From Ostrea edulis (lineage: Eukaryota): a stretch of 64,000 nt of DNA. Under the pieces are notes generated by a model, which made no database searches, had not been told where the DNA came from, and saw only the letters and a list, made by a program, of their open reading frames with translations. This document shows positions 47,771-59,200 of this stretch, in pieces (position 1 is the stretch's first letter; the number at the start of each line of letters is the position of its first letter). The translations under genes were made by a program, and so were the position numbers. The stretch is from NCBI RefSeq assembly GCF_947568905.1, contig NC_079169.1, positions 12,958,001 to 13,022,000 of the forward strand, in the 5' to 3' direction.

Positions 47771-50700
47771 ATGGAGAATCTTAAGGGGTTAAGATTTGTC
47801 AGGTGCAGATCTGCAACAGTTTATTTGTGAGCAACAGACACACCAGCGTGAGTTACGAGCAGCAGAGAGAGAAAGAAAGAGAAGAAAGGGAATTTACTTT
47901 CAAGAAAGAGGCGGAAGAAAGGGAATTTACTCTCAAGAAAGAGGCAGAAGAAAGGGATTTTACTCTCAAGAAAGAGGAACTTGAAGTTGAGAGACTAAAC
48001 CTTGAAGAGGGAAAAGGTATGGAAGAGATTGAGAAGTACAAACTTGTTATACACACATTAGAACAAAGGTTAACTATGAAAGAGAAAGAAACAAACTTAG
48101 AGTCATTTATTAATGCTAAGGTTCCTAAAATGCCTTTCTTTGATGAGGTGAAAGATGATATTGATTCTTATTGAAGACGTTTTGAAAGGTAGTCTATCGC
48201 ACAAAAGTGGAAATCTGAAAGTTGGGCTGTTAACCTGAGTGCTTTACTACGAGGTCGTGCACTCGATGTATATCCTCTTTTGCCCCAAGAGAAAGCGTTA
48301 TACTATGGAGAGCTAAAAACGGCTTTATTGAAGCGGTTTGAAAAAAACGGAGGATGGTTTTCGTCAGAGATTTCGTAAGTGTAGACCAGATGTATGTGAG
48401 ACTTTCTCGCAATTCTCAGTTCGTCTTGGTATTTATCTTGACAGGTGGCTGGAACTGAGGAATGTTAATAAAACTTATGAAGGTTTATATGATATATGAC
48501 ATGATGCTAAGAGATAAGTTTGTGTCTATGTGTATCAAGGATCTTTTGTTGTTTTTAAAGGAGCGCGTCTGGATTAGCAGATTAGTTTAAAGAGGCTAGG
48601 CATGCTAACATTCAGTCTTTAGTTTTCTCTAGCAAAAAGAATTTGGCAGACAAAAACCCGACATCAAAAGACCGAGATACGCGAGATCAACAGGGGATGC
48701 TTACTCCTCCTAGGCACCTGATCCCACCTCTGGTATATCCAGGGGTCCGTGTTTGCCCAACTATCTATTTTGTATTGCTTGTAGGAGTTATGAGATTGAT
48801 CTCTGTTCGTTATCTTCACCTTGTATCAGACACCAGGAGGAAAAACAGCTACCACAAAACCTTCGTCGAAAAACGAAGTTTCAAATGCTATACACCTGGT
48901 CACATAACATCGCAGTGTCACCAGACAGCCAACAAGAACCGTAATTCAGTTGGAGCAGCTGTTGAAGTCAAACACCCAAAGCAATCAGAATCTCAAGGCA
49001 AATACAGTACTTTCACATCTTTTACCAGTACTACAACATTTTCTATGGCATCAATTTCAGCGGATCTTGTAAATACATCATCATGTAATGTTGGTACATC
49101 CCTAGAATATATGCCTACTTGTGAAGGTATGCTTAATGAATATTTAGTGACGGTGCTAAGAGACACGGGTTGTAATGGTGTTGTAGTTCGTAAGGATTAC
49201 AGGAAATCATCGGATTTGTGTTCTTGCGGACGGATTTACAATCCAAGCTCCTGTAGCCAGAGTGAGAGTAGATACTCCATGTTTTACGGGAAACGTTGAG
49301 GCATAGTGTCTAGAAAACCCACTGTATTCCCTAATCATTGGAAATATACCGAAGGCCAGAGATCTAAAGACCCAGATAAGAAGTGGAACTCTAACCAAGC
49401 TAATGCTGTTGTGACAAGGCAACAAGCATAAAAAGGGTAAGATATCTAAACCTCTGTGCGTTCCCGAGATATTTGACTCTGATATTAGTCCAGGTGGCAT
49501 TGAAGCAGAACATGAGTCAGACGAGACCTTTGCAAAGATACGAACATTGGTAGGACGAGGTGATGAAAAGTCCAATGTGTCATATATCCGCAAACGAGGT
49601 ATCATTTACCGTATTTTCCAGTCAGATAAATCTGAAAATGGTAAACGATTCACCCAATTAGTACCAAGGAAATTTAGATCAAATGTTCTTTCGCTTGCAC
49701 AGAATCTATCATGACAGGTCATTTAGGTGTATCCAGAACGACCAAGAAGGTTTTGGCAGAATTGTACTGGCCAGGAGTTCATGCTGATATTCGGCGGTTT
49801 TGTAAATCGTGTGACATCTGTCAAAAGACCACTCCTAAGGGAAGGACTACAAAGGTACCACTGGGAAAAGATGCCTATTATTGAAGTACCATTTAGACGA
49901 ATAGCAGTCGACCTAGTGGGACCAATCCAGCCAGCCATTAGTAAGGGTGACCGTTACATTTTAACTGTTGTCGATTTTGCCACCCGTTACCCGGAAGCAG
50001 TTGCTTTAAAGGGCATCGAGACTGAGAGAGTTGCAGAGGCTCTGGTAAATGTATTTTGTACAGTAGGAGTACCTAAAGAAATGCTCACCGACATGGGCTC
50101 CCAATTCACGTCCGAATTGATGGCAGAAGTCAGCCATTTATTGTCAATTCGCCAATTAACCACTTCACCTTATCACCCGATGTGCAATGGTTTGGTTGAG
50201 CGTACCAGTATGTTGTAGATTTGAAGGAACGACTTGAAGCTACATGCAAGATAGCTAGGGAGAATCTAGAAAGATCATCAAAAAAGCACAAGAAATACTA
50301 CAAAAAGGGTGCAAAGAACAGACAGATGTCAACAGGTGAAACAGTTCTCGTTTTATTGCCAACTGCTAGTAAGAGGTTGATTATGCAATGGAAGGGTCCG
50401 TACACGATAGTGGAAAAGTTAGGAAAGATTGATTATAGAATCGATATGGAGGGAAAGATAAAGACGTTTCATGCAAATATGCTTAGGTTATACGTTAAAA
50501 GGGAGATTGACAATGATGTCTTAGGAATTGCAGGAGTAGCAGTGGTGGATATAGACAGCGATGATGTTGAAGATGGTGAGGTACTAGTTGATTCTCCAAA
50601 AGATGCAAGGAAAGAATGTTCATAGGATGTTACAGTAAGTTCCGAGCTAACTGACAGCCAATGTAGCGATGTTCATACTTTGCTTGATGAATTTTCAGAT

Positions 50701-52020
50701 GTTCTGTCAGACTTTCCCGGTTTAACAACTTTAGGAGTTCATCACATAAAGCTAACTAGTGATCGGCCTATTCGCATAAAGCCATATCCGTTACCTTTCA
50801 TCTCACGAGACACTGTTTGTGAGGAGGTACGTAAAATGTTGGCATCCGGTGTAATTGAGCCCTCAAACAGTTCTTATTGCTCCCCAATAGTCATAGTGAA
50901 GAAAAAGAACGGTTCAAACAGGTTTTGTATTGATTTTAGGGCAATTAATAAGATCATCGTGTTTGATGCGGAAACTATTCCTAATGCCGACGATATATTT
51001 GTGAAGCTTGAAGGCTGTAAATATGTGTCAAAGTTTGATCTCTCTGAGGTTTACTGGCAACTCCCATTGGATGAGTCATCGAAACAGATCACGGCATTCC
51101 AAACTCCACTTAGTTTGTATCATTTTAAGGTCATGCCATTTGGTTTGGTAAACGCCTCAGCAAGCTATAGTCGCCTTATGAAGAAACCTCTAGAAGGTAT
51201 CCAATCGGTTGACAATTTCATTGACGATGTCATCATTTTCACGTCATCTTTCCAGGAACATTTGTCTGTAGTTAGGGAAATTTTGCAGAGACTTGTGGTT
51301 GCAAATCTGACTGTCAAACCCAGTAAGTGCTTCATTGGTTACCGCAGCTTTCAATGCTTGGGTCATATAGCTGGTGATGAGGAGTTGAGACCTTTACCAG
51401 ACAAAGTTAATTCAATCCGAAAGTTTTCGCAACCTACAACCAAGAAGCAGGTACGCTCTTTTCTGGGTTTGGTAGGGTTTTATAGGAAGATTATTCCGAA
51501 TTTTTCAGCTGTGGCAGCGCCATTGACATACCTCACAAGGAAAGGTCAGCCTAACAAGGTGGTATGGGGAAAACCACGGGAGAATGCTTTTATTACTCTC
51601 AAGTCCTAGCTAATGGTAACCCCTATACTGAAATTACCTAACTTAAGTGAACCTTTTGTCTTACAGACTGATACATCAGATCTCGGTGTCGGCGCGGTGT
51701 TGTCACAATACGAAGGTGGAATAAAAAAAACTGTTACAAATGATAAGAAGTTATCGAAAAGTCAGGTTAACTATTCTACAATCGAGAAAAAATGCTATGC
51801 AATAGTGTGGGCTGTACAAAAATTCCAGAGGTATCTACATGTATATGGTCAAGAGTTTTATCTTGAGACTGATCATCAGCCACTTATTTATATGTCTTAG
51901 TCTAAGGTTTCAAACGCTAGACTGATGAGGTGGGCTCTATTGCTGCAGCCAGATAGATTTCATATTGTTGCAAATAAGTTCTCTGAAAATGTTGGAGCAG
52001 ATTGCTTAAGTCGGTTGTAA
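47771..52020 (+). mobile_element. Degenerate Ty3/Gypsy retrotransposon, Gmr1-type domain order gag-PR-IN-RT-RH
   Basis: Gag (EREER-rich, AKVPKMPFFDE..), zinc-knuckle remnant ~48880-48930, protease LRDTGC ~49160, integrase core PFRRIAVDLVGP...LTDMGSQFTS ~49880-50215, RT 50680-51609 (FCIDFR, MPFGL, FIDD), RNase H 51613-~51960 (LQTDTSDLGVGAVL); many stops and frameshifts; Naiad stub inserted at ~48685-48822. Confidence 0.88.
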
Positions 52021-52107
52021 ATAGATTCTGTATATAACCAGTTTTTATTCATGTAATTGATAGTGATTTACACAAGTTCATAGATCTTTCTTAGGTTAGG
52101 GAGGTAT

Positions 52108-53149
52108 TGTCACAATCAAATATCGGTTTTGTAAATATCCTTTACTGACCCTCGTTGTTTCGTTACGTTTTCTATGAATTTATCCTGTGTTTTTTGGAAC
52201 GGTCAGTATAATAGCATAATAGACTCTAACTGGGTACCGCTTTGAAAGGCTTATATAAACCAGAGTTCTTTCACTATAGAAGTGCACGATTTTCCAGAGA
52301 CAACATCTGGGCTACGCAGCATTATTAACAAGTTCTTGACTGTAACTTTTATGGTAATAGCATCTCCAGACGGGGTAAGTTCACTTTTATTTTTATTCAA
52401 ACATCTTAATTTGCTCATTGTAGTTTTCGTGTAATTTATTTGAAACCTAATATTCTATAAATTTACGGACCATTGTTGCCACGTATTCATAGCTAAAGTT
52501 AATTAATTCTTATCAGAATTTAACTCAGTCTTTGTGCAATGTATAGGAATACATGCACGTTGTTTCATGAATACTGCTACATATAGTGTATGTATTATGA
52601 AGAGTACTACTGTTAGTACTGTTTGCCGTTCTTTACGGTGTGTAAATCCATGTACATTTTGAGTGTCAAGAAAGCACTCTGATATTTATATGACGCAATG
52701 TTAGGAACATTCTCATAGTTTGCTCATGTAAGCTTTATTGTTTAAGGTTTTTCTGGGGTAGGCCTATCAACAGTGCCAGGACGAGGTTCCCGACATTAAC
52801 CTGTGCCAGTAGTGGACAGGTACAGATGAGGCTCTGGATATTACCTATTTCCCAGTCAGACCTGAGGATCAAGATCCGGAGGATTCTTATAGTGGAAAAG
52901 GTTTCCGTATGTCATAGTGGAGGAATCTCCAAGTCGGCTTATCAGCATGTGCTACACGTGGAACGGTCGTCATATCATTCACAGTCTAAGAACAGAATTC
53001 GTGTGAATGGGAAACGGATACAGACGGGCAACAAACAAAACAGGACCATACTTAGTGTATTATATTGATGGTTGTATTGTAAATATCTGTTCATATATAT
53101 GGAAAAAAATCTTTGTATTTACAGATCAGAGTGCCGGTCAATCGTGACA
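52108..53149 (+). mobile_element. 3' LTR of the Gmr1-type element (1042 bp)
   Basis: Preceded by the purine tract AGGTTAGGGAGG (52093-52104); termini TGTCACAAT ... ATCGTGACA; no matching 5' LTR in the window. Confidence 0.72.
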
Positions 53150-53171
53150 ATCTACATGTTCTATACCTTTA

Positions 53172-55885
53172 TTAATACTGACATTTACATGGTTTTCCCT
53201 GGAAAAAAAGTAATACAATTATTAATCATATGAACATTTTGCAAATTCAAATTTTGCAATATTTCTTTTACGAACAGTATAAATTTAAATATATAATACA
53301 AACCAGTTTCATCTCACAGACGTAGTAGTTTCTCTGGGCACAGCTGTCCACGTGCCAGTGGTAGTGGTAATGCTTCCAGAAGGCTCCACAGTTCCAGTCG
53401 CCGGCTTTGTGGTACACGGGCTCGCTACCGTACCAGTCAAACTTGTGACACCGCTTCTTGCTGAATCCCCAGATCCATCTGTGGGCGTTAGGGTACAGAC
53501 AGTCATTCAGACCCATCCAAGCTCCAGGGGACACTGTAATATTTACAGGGAGTTATTTCAACATTTTGGTGGAGTTGAAGATTGGTGAATTACTCCTTAG
53601 GATGTTTATACATGTATAAATGATTTAACATTTAATACACGATAACTTTGAGATTTTCATTTTCGTCGTCTTTATGTACTTTTTATGTCCTGCATATTAA
53701 CTGAATGCGTCCATGCCACTTGTAAAAAGCATTTTGATTGGTTCATTTGACTTCACCAATATTTTGATATCGTATAAACTGAGTGGACGTTAAGTTATAT
53801 CATATGGAGTCCTAGCAATCACGTCACAATACGTTTGACTCTGTATCCATTTTGTTGCCACGGCAATATTGCTCCGCGTCATACAAAATCATTTTTTCAC
53901 GGTACATAAAATACTTATCGACTGAGACGTGGAACAACATACAAACCAAATGCAAAGGAATAAAGAATTATATGTATTGAATATAGATAACATTGAATAC
54001 TAAGCAGAGAATGCGGCTATATCAGGTATCATGTAGAGATGTGTTATGGCAGGTCATGCTACAGTTATGCACGTAAACTGCATAATTTTTAAAATCTGGA
54101 GCTACTAACTCTTAAAAACTGTGTTGGTTGTTTACATGAGAATATTTTGTATCATAACAAAATGACAAACATGCGCTTCCGTATGAAGTCATAGCATGAC
54201 CGTACTACCCTAGAATTTAAATGTTTTTGTCTAACTGGCGTTAAAATCCACCTATGACGTCATTCTTTTGTTCGAACACTCCATTATTTTTCAGGAATGG
54301 AATGTTCGGAAAGTAGGTCAACCTTTATACAAGTAGATATAAATGCATGCAACAAAAGAATGAAAAACGTAAGACATGATTAAAATGCACAAAGTTTAGT
54401 TTTTATTAATCCAGCAAAGGTGGATTTTAAGTGGGTCAATGTACTCGTATCGTTCCATTCCTTAAAAGCAATGGAACGATACTCGTACATTAACCCTTAC
54501 ATAATGACGGTAAAACACCCGTCGTATAACGGAATTACTGATAGAATACTACCACTTTCAGTAAGAAATAATCATTAAACATTTAAACACGAAGCCATCT
54601 TGCCCATGTTTTACATTTTGCACTGAAGCTATGCAGTTTTCTTTAAAAGTTTCTTTAACAGACGATTATATTAGTAATTGCCGTGTACATAAGGTTATGA
54701 CCTTTCACACGGTGTATAAAAAGTATACAGCGTAGTGTGCTACTTTTGCAGTTTTATTTCAGTGTGTGACGGAGGAAAATCTGATCGACATCCTAAATGG
54801 AATGTTTCCCAGTTAAACAAAATTGTCAATGAATGTCATCAATATACCTTCATAATATCAATAAATTCTCAGCGTTTCACATGTATATTCCATATATCCA
54901 ATATCATATATTTCAAATACCCAACATTTTGTCGATATTTGCATGGCACACATTAACAAAATCCTTGCCTGTGTCAACGTCACTCGATGTATAGTCATGA
55001 CGTCATCAGTTTACTTTCATATTGATCAGACAGAAATTACACGACAGTAGTATAGCATTTCGAATTTCTTTGGATCCTAGTAGCTGCATAGGTTATTTTA
55101 TGCATAAATAAAATTTACACAAAAAATAAAATCGGAATTTAATATATTTTTAGTGACATACTTATTTCGAATATAACGTCATATTGTTTCGCGGATTTTA
55201 ACCCAGTAAAGATTGTCATAACCTGCCTTAACGTACCCCCGCGGCTATATCAGCTATCATGTAGAGATACTGTGGAAAAACTGATCACATTCAATCCACC
55301 AATCTAGTAATCAAAGTTAACGTTCCTACCTCCATACATGGCCAGGTGATGTCTGACGTAAGTGTTTTCGTGCGCCTCGTCAATATTACACAAGAAACCG
55401 CCCATGGAAGCACACTTCATCTAAAATGTCGTAATTCAGAAATGAATAAAATCTCACTACAAACGTTTGTCTGGTGTTTCAGAGACGAACATTAAGAGAC
55501 TTTGTGACGTGGTAATTACTGTGCAGTTACCTCGGCCTGCCACCATGTTAGTCTGTCTCGGCTGAAATAATAACAGCTCCCGTGATACAAGGACCAGCCA
55601 TAAGGACAGCTCCCGGCCGCCACCTTGGCAGCCATGTACCCAAACTTGTTGTATCGTGGAGCATTGTTGTAGCTCGCCTCAACTAAAAATAATATTGAAA
55701 AGGTGTAATCGTACTTTAAACGAAAAAAAATCATTAACTTTAATTAACTTAGAAAAAGTATCCACTTTTCTGGCTTTAAAACACAGATATTTTTAACTTT
55801 ATCCGGGTATATATTTTTACACATATGTTTTCTTACCAGCTACCAAGATGGTGCAAAGTAGTGCGAGAAAAATGTAAGTATTCAT
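53172..55885 (-). CDS. Secreted C-type lectin-domain protein, subfamily B, copy B5 (182 aa)
   Basis: Exons 55885-55837 (MNTYIFLALLCTILVA), 55682-55531, 55420-55330, 53533-53304, 53198-53172 (GKPCKCQY*). Confidence 0.92.
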
Positions 55886-56293
55886 GACAGCAGATATTCT
55901 CCGAGGACTCAGTGAAGAACCAAGGTATATATACCATTGGATTGCTTGCCTGCGCAGTGAGATCATGCTAACATTAAAGCTTACCTAAACGATATTTACA
56001 AATACAACATATGTGCTTAATTGACCTGCTCAAACTACAACCATATTAAAGACAAAACTGCAGAAATAACAAATAGTTACACAACCGATCAACATAGTAA
56101 TGGAATTTTATCACAAACATAGCAATTTTTGCGAATAAATCAATAAATTATATACAACACGTTTACCTTAACACTAAGAAAAGGCGTTCTATAATTTTCT
56201 GTGTGATTAACTTACATGGAAAGTTAACTTTGTATAAACTTGATCAGTGTATATATAGGACGTCACTCGCTACGATTTCATCAGAGAAACAAA
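55886..56293. promoter_or_regulatory. Bidirectional promoter region B5/A5
   Basis: 408 bp; TATATATA at 55926-55933 and 56250-56257; paralogous to 31733-32139. Confidence 0.72.
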
Positions 56294-59200
56294 ATGAATT
56301 CCCTGTCCTGTCTTCTTGCTCTGTTTTGTGCTTTCTTCGTAGGTAAGTGACATTTTAAGGATCACTGAAGAGACGTTATTTGTCGAAATGCGCATCTGGT
56401 GCATCAAAATTGGTACCGTATAAGTTATACATTATGACCCCTGGGTCGAGGCCTCTGTTTGTGGACTAGTCCCCGAAGGTCTCTACAATCCAGTAGCTAA
56501 ATACTTCGTTACTAGGTTCAAAATACGGATGTATATTTAATTGCTGTTATAAAATTTAGAAATTCGTTTCAAATTTAAGGAGCATCTCCATCACGCATAC
56601 CTCTTATCCTTAGACGAATTTGACTCCACTTTTTTGGCACATCGTTTTTCCCTATAATAGCTCTAAAACTGCATTGTTATTTCGGATTTTGAGCATTTTG
56701 GTTGAACATCACTGAAGAGACATTATTTGTCGAAATGCGCATCTGGTGCATCAAAATTGGTACCTCATAAGTTATACATCAAATAGACTTCCAAAGAGAC
56801 ATAACATAATAACTACACCTTAGCGGATATATATAATATATTAAAATTTTTGTATGTGTAAGTTTTGAAGAGTAAGTAGATGTTATTCCATCGCTTGTTT
56901 CCGGCTCAATTCATTATTACATTGACTGTAGCTGTTTCTGAATGATCATATCTTTATATTTTTATTTAATCTATATGCAAAATCAACAAACAGTTGAAAT
57001 CGGCAAATCAAAATCAATTGATATTCTCGATCTTTCTACTCCAGTCTGTGAAGCCAGTTACGGAAACAGACCAAGATACAGTGCCTTCAAGTACGCCGCT
57101 GCCAAGGTCACTTCCGGCGGATGTCCACACGGATGGCATCAGTACAACAAACGTTGTTACTGGTTCAGCAGAGACAAGCTCAACTGGTACACAGCGTCTG
57201 TAAGTGGGGGTCGGCTTGATCATTAAGTTGTTACAGCATCTGAAATAACAATAGACATGGCTAGGTTATATGCTTATTTGATGAGTCATTGTAGCCGAAA
57301 AGAGTATCGCAGTTGGACTATCAAAAATTCTTTCTGCACACTAAACCTATACTCAAAGTAACCTCATACTCAAAGTAAACCCAAACACAAAGTAAATACT
57401 CAAAGTAAACCCAAACTCAAAGTAAATACTCAAAGTAAACCCAAACTCAAGGTAACCCAATACTCAATGATAAATCACGTCTATGAGAAAAATATAAGCA
57501 TAAGGAGTGAAACTCATAATCAGGATATCAGATATAAACTAATGGATCATAAGCAGATCAGACTGTATGGTGTATCATATACAATTCAGTCTATTTGCAA
57601 AACTTTAATGACGTCATTCATTGTTATTAGTTGACGCATATTTCAACTACTCAATCAGAATCAGTTGGATATATTAATACAGAACTGTTTACTGGTTGTA
57701 TAAATAAATATCCAAACGACAATTCGCTGGATATTCAAATATCTAACGTTGCATATTGAACAGGTATATTTTATAAGAAAAATTAATAAATAAGATATAA
57801 TTTAGAAAAATTGTTCCCCAAAACACAAAACAATGCCTTTGAAATTTAAAAAGTTCTAAATCTAACTTCAGTGAGAAATTGAACTACAACGAAATTTCAA
57901 CAGAATTGTATTCATTTTAAAATTTGATTTAAAGGGACTTGGACACGATTTGAGCTGAAAATTCTCAATTTTGTTTTTTATTTTTATTGTTTAAACTGCT
58001 TAACTAAGGTATTCTTAATGATCAGCAAAACTTTGAATGTCATTAGTCATAGTACATGGGAGATACAGAGGCCACAAGTACTTGTTATGTAAACAAGGCT
58101 CGTGCCATGTTTTTGTTTAGAAAGGTTAAATAAACCAGTGAAAGTTTCATTTAAAGTAATTTTTTTCAATTCATAACTGAATTCTTAACACAATCAAATA
58201 GTTTCTAGTGTTTGGCACATTTCATTTTGTTTTAAAAACACTATTTTCTATTAAACAGCCTAATGTAAACAAAAACATGGCACGAGCCTTGTTTACATAA
58301 CAAAGAGTTGCAAGTGCTGTATCTCACTTATAACTCAACAACTGATATTCAAATTTTGGTTAACCATTAGAAATACTTTAGGTAAGCATTGTAAATAATA
58401 AAAATGGAAAAATACATGTGAAAATTTTCAGCTCAAATCGTGTCCATGCCCCTTTAAACTTGAAATGATATACATCACTTATAGAAATGGTTACACTTTA
58501 TCTTCGAGTAGTCTTGAACCGCATCACGAATTAAATAAATTGACAACTCATTTAGCTTTCATTTCCCTTTTCTGGCAAATTTTGATTTGGATAATCTATC
58601 ACATAAACAGTAGGAATTTAATATAGAAACTAGTACTTGCTACTGATTCTAACATTTGAAATAAACATTAAATAATACATGTAACAATGGATGACGTCTT
58701 TGAAGATTTTTATGTACACATAAATATCCAAATTTAAGTCAAAAGTGTGTGTGGGGGGGGGGGGGTGTGGGGGGGGGGGGTCCCTTTCAGCTTCCAAGTC
58801 TTAAATATCGATTAAAACGCTATCAATTTCTTCCCCTGAATAACCCTTTAAATTCGCTTTGCGTCCAAATGATTTCCTCATCTGAATTCATGGCTGACAA
58901 GGAATGAAAAGATGTGATCAACTGTTTTACAAGCTCACTAGTCCATCAATGAAAGGGGTGCTCAGCTTTTGTATAATGGTATTGTTTGAAATTTGAACAT
59001 ATACATAGATACGCAAGAGCTTGTTCTCCGTACGATTAGTTTTTAAAATCACGACAGGCTACTGGCAAACAAATGGATGTTACAGGAGTTTACAAGTCTC
59101 GTTTAAATTCAGCAATCCGCCAATTCTATGGTCAGTTATAAAGATCTAGTTTGCCAATATAACTTATTATTGGGTCAAATGTTATATGAAGTGTTTCATA

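Noticed and set aside
44176-53149. One full-length LTR retrotransposon bounded by the two LTRs
   Set aside because: The LTRs differ in sequence, length (711 vs 1042 bp) and termini (TGTAAC vs TGTCAC); these are two different elements, each missing one LTR.
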